A stretch of 64,000 nt of DNA from Thermoproteota archaeon (lineage in GTDB: Archaea > Thermoproteota > Thermoprotei > Gearchaeales > Gearchaeaceae): NCBI GenBank assembly GCA_032249235.1, contig JAVVGF010000001.1, positions 160,001 to 224,000 of the forward strand. Reading direction: 5' to 3'. The position numbers and the translations under genes were made by a program. This document shows, in pieces, positions 18,582 through 30,000 of this stretch. Position 1 is the stretch's first letter, and each line of letters starts with the position of its first letter. The notes below the pieces were generated by a model, which saw nothing but the letters and a program-made list of their open reading frames with translations, was not told the origin of the DNA and did not search any database.

Positions 18582-19988
18582 TCAGAATATCCCTCCTTCT
18601 GTCATTCTTTTCAGATCTAGTACTTTATCTACTTCTTCTTCGCTCAAAATTCCCTCTTCTATCAATATTTCCCTTATTGTTTTACCAGTAGCCATTGCTT
18701 TCTTTGCTATCATAGCAGCCGTATCATAACCTACTCTAGGAGCAATTGCTGTTACAACCATTAAGCTACTTTCAGCATATCTTTTGCATCTCTCAACATT
18801 CGCCTTTATTCCTTTTATACACTTTTCAGCAAATTCTCTACATGCATTAGAAGCTAACTTGATTTCTTCTATGATAGTGAAACCTATAAGAGGCATCATC
18901 ATATGCAATTCTAAAAAGCTGTATTGAGCAGCATTCGCTATCGTTGCATCATCTCCTATAATTTTAACTGCAGCCATAGTTACTGCTTCAGGTATTACTG
19001 GATTTACTTTAGCAGGCATAATGCTAGAGCCAGGTTGTAGAGCAGGTAATTCTATTTCAGCAAAGCCTGTATTAGGACCTGAATTTAAAAGTCTTAGATC
19101 ATTTCCTATTTTTAATATCGATGTAGCTAAAGATCTTAGTGCAGAACTCAAGGTTAAAACAGCATTCATGCTTTGAAGTGCCTCAAATTTATTTCGAGCT
19201 GGAATAAAATCTAAACCTGTGAAAGCATTGATTTCAGCAATAGCTAGCTTTGCGAATTCAGGATGAGCATTCAATCCTGTTCCTGCAGCTGTACCACCTA
19301 GCGCAAGTTCTCTTAATCTTTCAGATGCTTTTATAATTTCTTGCAAATCATGTTCTATCATACTTGCATATGCACTAAAGTTTTGACCCAAGGTTACTGG
19401 AACAGCATCTTGTAAATGAGTTCTAGCAGCTCTTATTACGTCTTTGAATTCTATTGTTTTTTCTTCAAGTGCTCGCTTTAATTTTTCAATTGAAGGAATT
19501 AAGTTATTTCTAACCAATTCAAGACTCGCTATATGTATCGTTGTGGGTATTACATCGTTTGTAGATTGACATTTATTAACATGATCATTCGGATGTACAG
19601 GCTTCTTATCTCCTCTTTTTCCTCCTAACAATTCATTAGCTCTACTTGCAATTACTTCGTTTGCATTCATGTTTGTTGAAGTTCCTGAACCTGTTTGAAA
19701 TACATCTACGATGAACTGATCATCGAGCTTTCCTTCAATTACTTCTAAAGCTGCTTTTTCAATTGCCTCAGCTAACTTTGCATCCAGTAAACCTAATTTC
19801 TTATTTGCTCTTGCTGCTGCAAGCTTAACTATTCCGAGCGCTCTTATAAATTCTCTTTGAAATCTGTAGTTAGAGAATTTGAAGTTTTCATGTGCACGCA
19901 TTGTATGTATTCCATAATATGCATCGCTAGGTATCTTCACTTCTCCAAGAAAATCCTTCTCAATCCTATAACTTTCCATATTATTCAA
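18582..19988 (-). CDS. fumC: Class II fumarate hydratase (fumarase/aspartase family)
   Basis: RIEKDFLG, FQTGSGTSTNMNANEVI, HPNDHVN, RTHLQDAVP, GSSIMPAKVNP. Confidence 0.9.
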   Translation of the reverse strand: MNNMESYRIEKDFLGEVKIPSDAYYGIHTMRAHENFKFSNYRFQREFIRALGIVKLAAARANKKLGLLDAKLAEAIEKAALEVIEGKLDDQFIVDVFQTGSGTSTNMNANEVIASRANELLGGKRGDKKPVHPNDHVNKCQSTNDVIPTTIHIASLELVRNNLIPSIEKLKRALEEKTIEFKDVIRAARTHLQDAVPVTLGQNFSAYASMIEHDLQEIIKASERLRELALGGTAAGTGLNAHPEFAKLAIAEINAFTGLDFIPARNKFEALQSMNAVLTLSSALRSLATSILKIGNDLRLLNSGPNTGFAEIELPALQPGSSIMPAKVNPVIPEAVTMAAVKIIGDDATIANAAQYSFLELHMMMPLIGFTIIEEIKLASNACREFAEKCIKGIKANVERCKRYAESSLMVVTAIAPRVGYDTAAMIAKKAMATGKTIREILIEEGILSEEEVDKVLDLKRMTEGGIF

Positions 19989-20047
19989 ATCCTATATTTA
20001 TATAAAGAAGTTATCAGTAGTTTAAGGAAGAAATATCGCTGAAACTC

Positions 20048-22837
20048 TTATTCTTGTGCCCTTATTCTTACATAATAATATGCGAATAATGCAATGAAAA
20101 GTATTAGGATGATACCTACTATGATGTTAACATTTAGCGCTCCATTTCCTAATACGAGTATCGGTAGTGAAATAGTTATCTCGCTACTCGTTGTCTCATC
20201 TACATTAATTGGTATTTTATATTCATAATTCCCTATTTTTATCACCAAATTATAGATTCCCTTTGGTATGTCATGGAAATAGAAGTAATTGTTTGCCAAT
20301 TCAGAACTTGAGGTTAAATTACCTATAAGCATAACATTTGCGCTATCAATCGTGTTTCCAAATAAATCAGTGATTTTAACTTTTAAATCGAATACATATG
20401 TTCTGAAAATGAAAGTATTATTGAAGGAAGTCACTATGAAGTCTTGCATAAGCACATTAACTTTTTTATAATAGATCATCGCTGTGAAATTACCTATATA
20501 TCCATCCCAAGATGCTTTCCCTGAAGATATTGTAACGTTAGCTAGCATATTCCCTTTCTTGTCATATATGATAAGATAACCTTCGTTCAAATTATCCTTG
20601 TTCCAATTCAATATGGAGAATTGGACTGGCGAGTATATCTTGATCTCAAATCTAGTAAGATTGTATTCAAACTCTAAGCCGTTTAAAGTAAAATTAGCTA
20701 TTATTTGGCCCATGTTAGGGGATATTGGCGAAATTGCTCGAACTTTATAAACTAACGAAATTGTATTATCTGGACTTAACACATCCACTACAAGTTTATT
20801 GTTTCCTTGAGTAATATTCCAACCTTTAGCTAAAATATCTTGAATTGTTAAGTTATATATGGCGCTTTCTCCTTTATTCGTGATTTCTATTTTAACTTCT
20901 ACGTCTTGATTTGGTTTGACAATCGTCGAGTTAATACTTTTATTTATGATTAGTGCGGATGTAAAAACTAAAGGATCCATTATTATTTTTTTGGTTAAAG
21001 GTAGTGTCTTTTGATATAATGGAATTACGAAAGAATTATAGGAAGTTATGTTAATTCTCAAAAATACATCGCTACTATATCCCCTTGTAACGGTATATAC
21101 CGTTGTGACCGAATCTCCTTGAAGAGAGAAACTATCAGCTCCTGCGTATGTTAGATTTTGAGTCTTCAGGATATCAATTGGAATATAGAGGGCTGAGGAT
21201 CTGGATAAACCTAAAGCAGTCATTGTCCATTTTAAGCCAGTTATGCCTAAATTAAAATTATTCGAAAATATATTAGCTTTAATAGTTAGATAATTAACGA
21301 ATGAGAATAAACTTCCTATCGTTGCTAAAGAAGAGCTAGGAATATTAACATTGAAAGTTTTCGTCCCGTTATCGTAGCTTAGGGTTGTATTATAGAAAAC
21401 ATCAGCTCCAATGGGAATTTTGCTATATTGGGAAGGCTGTATTGTAATAGGGAAAGTTAAGTTTCCTTTTACTGCTAAGTCTGGTATCTTAGCATCGAGA
21501 TAATCAAATTTTAAATGAACATTTGTAGCATTGGAATTTCCTGTATTTAGGATTACAACGTATATATCAGTACCAGTTGAAAGCAAATCCGGCCATTGAC
21601 TAGAGGATGGTTTGAGATAAAAACTCAGCGCTGCAAATTTTTTCACATTAACACCTATTAAGAATGTATTACCAATTGTCGTAAAGTTGGTTGAACCATA
21701 GTTGTATGTAGCAATAGGTGCGCTTATTTCATATGTTCCCGGATCGACAGAGCCTACTATTTTTACATCTACTGATTTCTCTTGAATTGATGTGCTAACA
21801 TTTTTAAAAATCAGCGTATCGTTTGGAGCATTAAGCCATTGAGGAAGCTTAAAATTAACTTTTACTTCTGTAACATTAAAGCTTCCTAAATTGAATACAG
21901 AAATCAATAGTTTAGAAGTGGAATTGAAGACTGCTGGATCAAATCTTTGCGCTATTATTATGAAAGGATCAAGCTTGCTAGCTGTGATGGTTACTTTACC
22001 CAACTTATTATTGTTTGATATAATGAACTTAGCTTGAGAAATCCAATGCGTATTATAACCAACATTCCATTTCAGATCTAAGGTTGAGTTTATCGCATTT
22101 ATACCAAATAGGTAAAAGTTAATTTCAGAATAAGAACTGAAATCGGATCTAGTTAAGTTTTCTAGATATCTTGTGTAATCAATTTTGAAGGTTTTGCTTG
22201 TTTTAATTTCGGGAGATGTTGTTAAAGAAGATGTGAACAGCAAATATAGTTTTCTTAATCCAGACTTATCAAATTGGTAAACTAAACCATTTGGTTGCAT
22301 TAGTTGAGTTAAATTATATAGGCCCCCAGCGCTGTAATGAATAGCGCTTAAAATCCTTTTAATATAATAAGTATAATTACCTCCTCCAATAAGCGATATA
22401 TAATTTGAAGTTTTATTCAATAATATTAATCTAGCTCTTAGTAAATCTTGAGATTTATTAATTAAAAGTGTTAAATTTATATTTGAGATTTTATCTGAAT
22501 AGAATTTTAATAGGATACCTTTTTCGATTAATGAATCAGAATTATATAATGGATTATATTGGCTTAAAAACCATCTTAATGTCCTTTCAGTTTGATTTAT
22601 ATTAAAAATAATTATTGTGTAATTATTAATATAATTTAAAATATCATTTAATTTTAGAATATCTGTGTTATTGTAATAAGTTATGTTGAGGAGAAAAACA
22701 GTCTCATTATATAGATGGTAAATATTTAATGATTCTTTTAAGTTTGTTTCTGTAGCCATAACAGTTTTCAGACCAGTACTTTGCATATTAAACGCAGCTA
22801 AGACTAAAAGCGTCAAGAGAGCAATACCTTTGAGCAT
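20048..22837 (-). CDS. Large membrane-anchored surface glycoprotein with Ig-like/DUF11-type domains
   Basis: Signal peptide; V.N.G..AT.V and INKSIN...VEVKIEITNKG...IQDILAKGW modules; many N-x-S/T sequons; C-terminal TM. Confidence 0.75.
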   Translation of the reverse strand: MLKGIALLTLLVLAAFNMQSTGLKTVMATETNLKESLNIYHLYNETVFLLNITYYNNTDILKLNDILNYINNYTIIIFNINQTERTLRWFLSQYNPLYNSDSLIEKGILLKFYSDKISNINLTLLINKSQDLLRARLILLNKTSNYISLIGGGNYTYYIKRILSAIHYSAGGLYNLTQLMQPNGLVYQFDKSGLRKLYLLFTSSLTTSPEIKTSKTFKIDYTRYLENLTRSDFSSYSEINFYLFGINAINSTLDLKWNVGYNTHWISQAKFIISNNNKLGKVTITASKLDPFIIIAQRFDPAVFNSTSKLLISVFNLGSFNVTEVKVNFKLPQWLNAPNDTLIFKNVSTSIQEKSVDVKIVGSVDPGTYEISAPIATYNYGSTNFTTIGNTFLIGVNVKKFAALSFYLKPSSSQWPDLLSTGTDIYVVILNTGNSNATNVHLKFDYLDAKIPDLAVKGNLTFPITIQPSQYSKIPIGADVFYNTTLSYDNGTKTFNVNIPSSSLATIGSLFSFVNYLTIKANIFSNNFNLGITGLKWTMTALGLSRSSALYIPIDILKTQNLTYAGADSFSLQGDSVTTVYTVTRGYSSDVFLRINITSYNSFVIPLYQKTLPLTKKIIMDPLVFTSALIINKSINSTIVKPNQDVEVKIEITNKGESAIYNLTIQDILAKGWNITQGNNKLVVDVLSPDNTISLVYKVRAISPISPNMGQIIANFTLNGLEFEYNLTRFEIKIYSPVQFSILNWNKDNLNEGYLIIYDKKGNMLANVTISSGKASWDGYIGNFTAMIYYKKVNVLMQDFIVTSFNNTFIFRTYVFDLKVKITDLFGNTIDSANVMLIGNLTSSSELANNYFYFHDIPKGIYNLVIKIGNYEYKIPINVDETTSSEITISLPILVLGNGALNVNIIVGIILILFIALFAYYYVRIRAQE

Positions 22838-22899
22838 TAATGAATACTCTCAGCCTTAATATTTAAGCTTAAAGGCAATATCTTTGAAGCAAAAAAGAA

Positions 22900-25800
22900 T
22901 TATCTCTTTCTTCTAAATATAAACAATATTGATATAATTATTATCAACGTTGCAACTAATATTAATAATATTATATTCAGATAATTAATTCCTGAATTCG
23001 CCTTTAAGACTATGGGTTTTTCTAGCTGGAGCTTTAACGGATTGTCACTCACATTAATGCTTCCAGCCCATCTTTTGAATTCATAAATGAACAAGCTAGG
23101 TTTTGCATTTAGCTCTAATTTCGTACCTTTAGGCAAGTATAACGTGACGCTGCTTCCTTGATCTATTGAGCCCGTCTTTGAATCATATTTATATTCTATA
23201 ATCAGGTTTTCAGAATTATTTATAGTTACAGATAAATAGAAAACTGCAATTTGAGTTATGCTACCGTTGACGGTTATCGATATTGAAGAAGAATTTCCAT
23301 TATAAGCACCACTCCAATACATGAATTTCCATCCTTCATTAGCAACAGCTTGCAAGTTTATAGTCGAGCTTGCATTATACCAACCGCTGTTTAAATTAAC
23401 ACTTCCTCCTTCTTGTGGTTCAGCTTTTATCGTAACATAGTATTGATGATAATACCTAATAGTCTTAGAAATAGAACTATTCACAATTAAACTTTGAACA
23501 TCGAAAGTAATCCATCTTTCTTTATCGCCAGAATAAACAATATTATCATATCTCAAAGTAGAGTTGAAATCAGCCCAATCTTGTAATGGTAAGGTTGAAT
23601 TTGTTAAAATGCCGAATTTTGAATAAGCGACCTTAGGGGATATGCCTTCTCCTCCAATCGTATCAAGCTTTATATTTATCAAGAATTGCCTCCAATAAGC
23701 TATATTCAGTACTTTACTGCTATCAACGATAATGCTTGTTTGATTATTAGTAGCCCATCTTTCAACATTACTTATGCTCAATTCTTTAGTTATATTTAAA
23801 TAGCTATTTGCATCTATGAAGCCAATGAAGGGTAATTTCGCTTCAGTTTTGTTACCAAGATATAGGTATTGCAAGGTTATATCAAGAGATTGAGTTGAAT
23901 CATTCATTACCTTATAATTAATACTAATACGGTATTGCAAATAGTATACAAAATTCAAAGTCATTGAGGAATTGATGGTAAAGCTAGTTTTAGGTGTTAT
24001 CCATCTTTGATTTTCATCCGATCCTTTTAGTAATAAAGGTATTTTCAGAACGGTATTTGCATCAATCCATTCGCTACTTGGCATTGTTTTATTCGTTAGT
24101 GCGCCGAAGCTGTAATATGTCATGTTAGGCAAATTACTATTTTGCCCCCCTACTATGTGTAGGTTAAAGTTGATGAGAAATTGGTGATAATAGTTAATTT
24201 TTATCGTAATACTCTCACTTACTGTTCCTTTTGTTTGATCATTACTTATCCATCTTTCCTTATTGTTTGAATTAGGCAAAGGATTAATCACCTCCCATTG
24301 AGTATTAGCATCGAGCCAATCACCGAAAGGCATCGTCTTTGAAACCTTACTACCAAATTGATAGAAGCTTGCATTAGGACTTACGAAATTACCTCCTCCA
24401 ATTACATTGAATGAAAAAGTCAAGTAGAATTGATGGAAATAGAAGAATTGGTAATTGAAAGAGCTATTTACTATTCCTTGGGTATCATCCTTGGTTATCC
24501 ATCTTTCCTTATTGTTTGAATTAGGCAAAGGATTTAAGACCTTCCATATCGTGTTAGCATCAGCCCATATAGTAGTAGGTAGTTGTGCTGAAATACTTTG
24601 TCCAAACGCGATATAATCTACCATTGGCGGAGACGGGTTCGAATTGTCTGAAATTCTATAGTCAAAGCTTATTTTATATTGCTGGTAATAAACGTATCTT
24701 ATTGTAATCGGCTCATTAGCAATTCCTTTGGTTTGATTATTAGTAATCCATCTCATGTTTTGCGTTGAACCGCCTAAGATTTCGGTAACGCTCCATTGTG
24801 AACCTTTATCAACCAAGTACGTTGTTGGAGTTGTAGTTAAGGTTGCTTGATTCTGTATACCATTAAAGTAATAGCTGAATATTGGGGGTTGATATCCTGA
24901 GCCAGATTTTACTGTATAGCTTAAGGTCATCGAAACATATGGTGTTGGTTGAGAGGATATTGAGAGTTTGCCTATATATGTGCTCCAATGATTGACACCA
25001 TCCATGTATTCTCCTGCGACCCAAACTTTAGTCCTGTCAGCAGGATCTACTGAAGCTCCAAAATAATCTCCATATCTATTTCTTGTCTCATAAGATTCGC
25101 CTGCTTTGATTTGAATCGGACTTAGCCAGCTATTAGTTTGACTGGTTAAAACAGCTGTCGCATTAAGGCTGGCATAATCATTGCTTGATGAATAACCATA
25201 AACAATTACTATATTGTTATTTGAATCTAAACTTAAAGCAGGGTAGAATAAATACTTTTGAGCTATAGCTATCGTATTATCGCTTGCAACGCTACTAGTA
25301 GTGGTAGCAATGGATATTAACCTAATGCAATCTCTTTGAGTACTATCGTTTTGAGGAATACATCTTTCATGAGTTGTAAACCATAATTTATTTTGATACC
25401 AAGTTGCATCTAAGACTCTTGCATCATCAGTGTTGATAGTTGCTAAAGTTCCTCTTTGCGGTGCATTCAAAGGGCTTGCAATATATCTTACGCTGAGATA
25501 ATATATGGATATTTGAACGTTGTTACTGCTAGGATTTCCGTCAACAACGAAATAAACAACCGTGCTAGTATCTCCTGAACCTGTGCTGACCATATAAAGA
25601 GTAGATGTGCCTCCTAAACTCTTAGCTGGATATATAGAGAAATAATTGCTATAAGTGGTAGTATATATGCTTAATGACGAATAGCCATTAATTAGCTGAT
25701 TTTTATCTAATATCCAAAGCCTTACCCAAAGATAAGAGGGATTGGAAATGGAGCAATTATCGAAAATATTTGAAGTAATCGCAACCTTATCACTACTTAA

Positions 25801-26394
25801 ACCTAAGATTGGATAATCTGTGCATCTCCCTTGTTCATCATTTAATGAATAAATATACCAATCTCCTGTAGGGTCGCTTGTCTTTGAAACGGCTATTTTA
25901 ACGATTCCTGCATTGAAGTCGCTTGAAATAGCGAAGAATCTTTGACTTTCAATATCGAAGAATATTCTCGGGTCTCCTACATTATCTGATGTGGGGAAAT
26001 TAAAGAACTGATAAAGAGTTTTTTGTTGTAATAAATTACCATTCTTATCGAATATCGTAATTTTCCTATTGACCATTTCAACTACGTGATTAGGACCTAC
26101 TGCTATTTGCACATCAGGAGGATAACCGTTGGATTCGCTATCTCCCTTGAAGCTGAAATCAAGATTTAATTGGCCGGCTTGTTGCGTACTCTCAGTGTTA
26201 TACTGTGCAATCTGTTTAGCGTTTTCAAATTGCTTTGAATTTACAAAAGAAAAGCTGGGAATTAAAGACAGTGCGTTGAATTTTAAGTCTTGTTTAGTTG
26301 AAGTCGTAGCAGTTGTATTCGTAATATCTGAAAATGATGCAGATATGGGAATGAGTAAAACCGCGATTATTAAAACAAGCAATAGATATTTCAT
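22900..26394 (-). CDS. Surface protein: N-terminal propeller-like domain, about six ~83-aa beta repeats, InlB-B-like repeats, C-terminal TM
   Basis: Signal peptide; YPPDVQIAVGPNHVVEMVN...DPRIFFD...RYGDY; recurring W.D.N....ERW.....YY.QY/F units; GWKFMYWSG; TM plus RRKR. Confidence 0.8.
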   Translation of the reverse strand: MKYLLLVLIIAVLLIPISASFSDITNTTATTSTKQDLKFNALSLIPSFSFVNSKQFENAKQIAQYNTESTQQAGQLNLDFSFKGDSESNGYPPDVQIAVGPNHVVEMVNRKITIFDKNGNLLQQKTLYQFFNFPTSDNVGDPRIFFDIESQRFFAISSDFNAGIVKIAVSKTSDPTGDWYIYSLNDEQGRCTDYPILGLSSDKVAITSNIFDNCSISNPSYLWVRLWILDKNQLINGYSSLSIYTTTYSNYFSIYPAKSLGGTSTLYMVSTGSGDTSTVVYFVVDGNPSSNNVQISIYYLSVRYIASPLNAPQRGTLATINTDDARVLDATWYQNKLWFTTHERCIPQNDSTQRDCIRLISIATTTSSVASDNTIAIAQKYLFYPALSLDSNNNIVIVYGYSSSNDYASLNATAVLTSQTNSWLSPIQIKAGESYETRNRYGDYFGASVDPADRTKVWVAGEYMDGVNHWSTYIGKLSISSQPTPYVSMTLSYTVKSGSGYQPPIFSYYFNGIQNQATLTTTPTTYLVDKGSQWSVTEILGGSTQNMRWITNNQTKGIANEPITIRYVYYQQYKISFDYRISDNSNPSPPMVDYIAFGQSISAQLPTTIWADANTIWKVLNPLPNSNNKERWITKDDTQGIVNSSFNYQFFYFHQFYLTFSFNVIGGGNFVSPNASFYQFGSKVSKTMPFGDWLDANTQWEVINPLPNSNNKERWISNDQTKGTVSESITIKINYYHQFLINFNLHIVGGQNSNLPNMTYYSFGALTNKTMPSSEWIDANTVLKIPLLLKGSDENQRWITPKTSFTINSSMTLNFVYYLQYRISINYKVMNDSTQSLDITLQYLYLGNKTEAKLPFIGFIDANSYLNITKELSISNVERWATNNQTSIIVDSSKVLNIAYWRQFLINIKLDTIGGEGISPKVAYSKFGILTNSTLPLQDWADFNSTLRYDNIVYSGDKERWITFDVQSLIVNSSISKTIRYYHQYYVTIKAEPQEGGSVNLNSGWYNASSTINLQAVANEGWKFMYWSGAYNGNSSSISITVNGSITQIAVFYLSVTINNSENLIIEYKYDSKTGSIDQGSSVTLYLPKGTKLELNAKPSLFIYEFKRWAGSINVSDNPLKLQLEKPIVLKANSGINYLNIILLILVATLIIIISILFIFRRKR
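24246..24534. repeat. Exact 40-bp direct repeat (24246-24285 and 24495-24534), period 249 bp
   Basis: TTATCCATCTTTCCTTATTGTTTGAATTAGGCAAAGGATT occurs twice; encodes NPLPNSNNKERWI. Confidence 0.9.
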
Positions 26395-26540
26395 GGGTAA
26401 AATAAAAAATTTCGCATTAAAAGCTTTAATTATTATGTTTCAAGGATATGAATATTTTAGATTGTAGAACTATGATCACGATTAAGATATATTTTTGAAC
26501 CCATAATGTGTCATACAATTGTAATAATGGCTCTCTGTCT

Positions 26541-26865
26541 ACAAAGAAATGAAAGCCTGCCCTTTTGGGCGCGGTTGAATAGATCTAAATATTTTGAAAA
26601 AGAAAATTTTATAAGCATGGCAATAAAGTTTCTCCCCAGCTCGAAAGAGGGCCAATGGGATTGAGGGAGAAGCATTCAGCATACTTGTATTTTGTTTTGC
26701 AATGAGGGGGCCCCTTTAAAATTTCGGGACCCTAGAAAAATAAATGGGTTTCTCTGCACCACCTTCTGTCCACCAAATGAGAAATGTAGCTACGAATCGA
26801 TGGTGGGAACAATGAAGCGCTTTGGAAAGAAAACACTAGACCTTTTCAAAGCTGAAGTAGGTCAG
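26541..26865 (+). mobile_element. Degenerate, internally deleted IS200/IS605-family relic (no tnpA/tnpB ORF)
   Basis: Left-end-like hairpin AAAGCCTGCCCTTTTGGGCGCGG (26552-26574); distal CAAATGAGAAATGTAGCTACGAATCGATGGTGGGAAC...AGGTCAG resembles archaeal tnpB 3' end/omegaRNA terminating in TCAG; more GC-rich than the flanks. Confidence 0.65.
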
Positions 26866-26872
26866 TAAGACA

Positions 26873-27000
26873 ATGATTAATACAACAACAATAACAAGTT
26901 TTTCCATGCAGTATGCTATTAGCTTAGGATATATCGCAGTTATAGAGTCTTATTAGCAATTGTAATTTTCTTGCTATTCTTTAGAAGTAGGGAAGTCCAT
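26873..27000 (+). pseudogene. Possible frameshifted remnant of a surface-protein C-terminus (Thr linker, TM, basic tail)
   Basis: MINTTTITSFSMQYAISLGYIAVI, then in a shifted frame VLLAIVIFLLFFRSRE. Confidence 0.35.
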
Positions 27001-27008
27001 AATTCGAT

Positions 27009-30000
27009 TTATCTTTTTATTTTTGAAGGCCACCAATTCCATTTCTTCGCTATTAGCATTATTGAAGGAACAAAGAATTGAACTATTATGAAAGAATCGA
27101 ACAATACTGATAAACCTATTGCGAAGCCTATTTCGTTTAACAAAGGAAAGTTAGGTATTAATAACAACAAGAAAGTTATACCTAGAAGCAATCCTAAAAT
27201 CATAATAGTTGTTCCTGTCTTCTCTAGGGCTATCTTTATTGCATCTTCATCATTTTTCCCTTTGACTACTTCTTCTCTAACCCTTGTTAAAAGAAATATG
27301 TCATAATCTACGCCAACACCTAGCATTGTAACAACTAGAAACAGTGGTACAGCATTTATTATTGGTAAGTTAAATAACAAATGGTATACTATGTATAGCA
27401 GAGCTAATGACCATGCTACACTTGATAAAACTGTCAATATTAACCTAATGGGTATCAACACCGAAATTAGTTGCATGAATAACAAAAATCCTATGACTGT
27501 AATTAAACTTAGAAGTACGATTGGAGTAACTTGATCTGTGACAGCCTTAGAATCGAAGGACATTTGAGTTACGCCATCTACATAAACTTTAAATTCTTCA
27601 TTCGCAGGTATTACTGCTCTGATTTCTTTTAGCACTTCGATAGCGTCTAAGCTAAAAGGTTGTTTATCTATAATGACCTCTATTAAAACACCATTATTCG
27701 AAGTGCCTATAAATCTTTCTATTGAAGGTAAAAATATTTCCTTAGTGGTTTCGTTTAAAAATACTTTATTTAAATCAATTTTATCTCCAAAAGGTCTATC
27801 GATCGTGTATACATATTTAACTTCTTTTATCTTTGAAATATTATCAGCTATTGAAGAAACATAATTTAAATAAGTAGAATTTAAATTTTCATTAATTAGA
27901 ACTTTACCTTTTCCTTCTACGTATATGTATATAGGGCTTATTGAAGAACCTATGGTTGAGTAAAACAACAATGTGCCTTTTTGAACTTCACTAGGAGGCA
28001 TGAGAGGAGGAACATCGAGAACAGTTGTTATATTTGATACGAATAGTAATGAAATAAGAGTTATTGCAGTAAGTAAAAGCACTATCTCATTCTTGTGCTT
28101 CAAGTTAAACTCATACACTTTTGAAAGCTTTATTTCATAACCTTTCGTTCTTTTCGGCCAAAACACTTTATCGCCTAGCGCATATAACAAAGAAGGAAAG
28201 AATAGCAAGCTAGTTATCATTGTAGACGCTACAGCAATTGCATTAGCTATTGCAGTCTCACCAAATAAAGGTACATTCATTAAAGACAATATGACATATG
28301 AAGAGAAAACAGCTAGCGAACTTGTTATTACTCCTCTTGAGCTCCAATAAGTCACAGCCATTAAAGCTTCATTTTTATCCTTTCCTTCACTTCTCTCAAG
28401 TTGATATCTTCTAAGAAGATAAGCTGAATAATCGCTACATAACCCAAGCGTAAGAACTAATACTATTGAAGGTGAAACGAAGCTTATGTTTCTATTAAGC
28501 CAAATTCCAAGAATTATATAATTCAAAGCAAATGCGATTATAATAGCAATTGCGAAGAGCGATAAAACTATTCCGCCTGCAACAAAAGATCTAAAATAGA
28601 GCGAAACTATTAAGAAAATTATCACCAAACCTAAAGGTATAATCGTATACAAAGCATTCTCCGCTCCTATTTTTATTTCATGAGATAATAATGAAATTCC
28701 AGTAATGTAGATTTCTACATTATTAGTTTTAACATCCTTCTTAATTTTATCGAAAATATCGAGATCTTTCGCTATTTCTTGGTCGTTAGGATAGTGATTT
28801 GAAAAGACTATTATAAGAAAAATTCCATGAGTTTCATCAATGAAGATTGATTTTATATTATCTTTAAGAATAATTGGGAAATCCTTTACATCGCTGTTAA
28901 TTATTATTTCTTTAATAGTATCATTTAAATTATTATTATTATCTATGATTTTATTTAAAAATTTTATGAATGTATAATTATTAACATAAAAATATGGATT
29001 GTAATTTATATTGTTAAGGATATTTTTTAAAACAAAAGTAGCAGTTATATTTTTAGCTATTGATTCATTAAATGTTTTTTGCTCGATTATTTCATCTACT
29101 AATTGAACTACTGAATTTTGGTTACTTATTTCTTTAGTTATAATATCTTCTGTTATTTTGTTTATATCTGTCTTATTGACTATTAGTTCTCGAATTTTAT
29201 CAATTAAAAATTCTTTATCTATATTTGTTTGTAATTTACTTTTGAATATCTCTAGCGAGATATTCAGCAAAACGCTCTTACCGTTCCAAGTATTTAGGTT
29301 GGTGTTACCTAAAATTATCGCGATAATTTCCTTTGTCAAATTGAAGTAATTTTCAAGAAAATAAGGTGAAATTTTATCAATTATTTCTTGGGCATTTTGG
29401 TAATAATTGCCTATATTATTATATTTTATCCATTCTTGATAGAATGTATTAAAGTAGTTCAATGCTATTCCGCTTAGGTTTAATGTTAGAATGGTCAAAT
29501 TCTTTGCTTCTTCTGATCTTTTAATTGAATCGTTAATATTTAAAAATTGATAATACTTTAAAAATACTGAAGGTGGGCCGTAAATAAAATTTAATATATT
29601 ACTTATGTCATTTTCTATTTTAGTAATATTATTGACTGCTTGATCGAGAAATTTCTTAATTAAGATTGTCTGATTATATATCTTAAAGGATTCGTTATAC
29701 AACTGATTTATTTTATCCGTATAATTAGCAACGATTTGGTATAAAAGTATTTCTGTTAATTTATAATAACTAAGAGAAAATTTGTTCATTTCTTTGTCTA
29801 TTTTTTCCCTTATACTATAATCAAATAATTTAATATCATTCGAATATGGATTGTTCGATTTGATTATTATGTAATAGTTATATGAAGCTATCACGCTAAG
29901 ATATTTGGCTGTATAATTTTTATGCGAAAATTCTGCGTTGATTTTATTCACTGCATTTTGGAAGTCGCTATTTGGCAAATTCACCTCAACATCATAGTTT

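Noticed and set aside
24246-24534. 40-bp direct repeat as a CRISPR mini-array or att site
   Set aside because: Spacing of 249 bp equals the protein repeat period and both copies are in frame within a CDS.
26551-26720. tRNA or riboswitch in the GC-richer intergenic patch
   Set aside because: No cloverleaf or T-loop (GTTCRA) pattern; better explained as IS200/IS605 ends.
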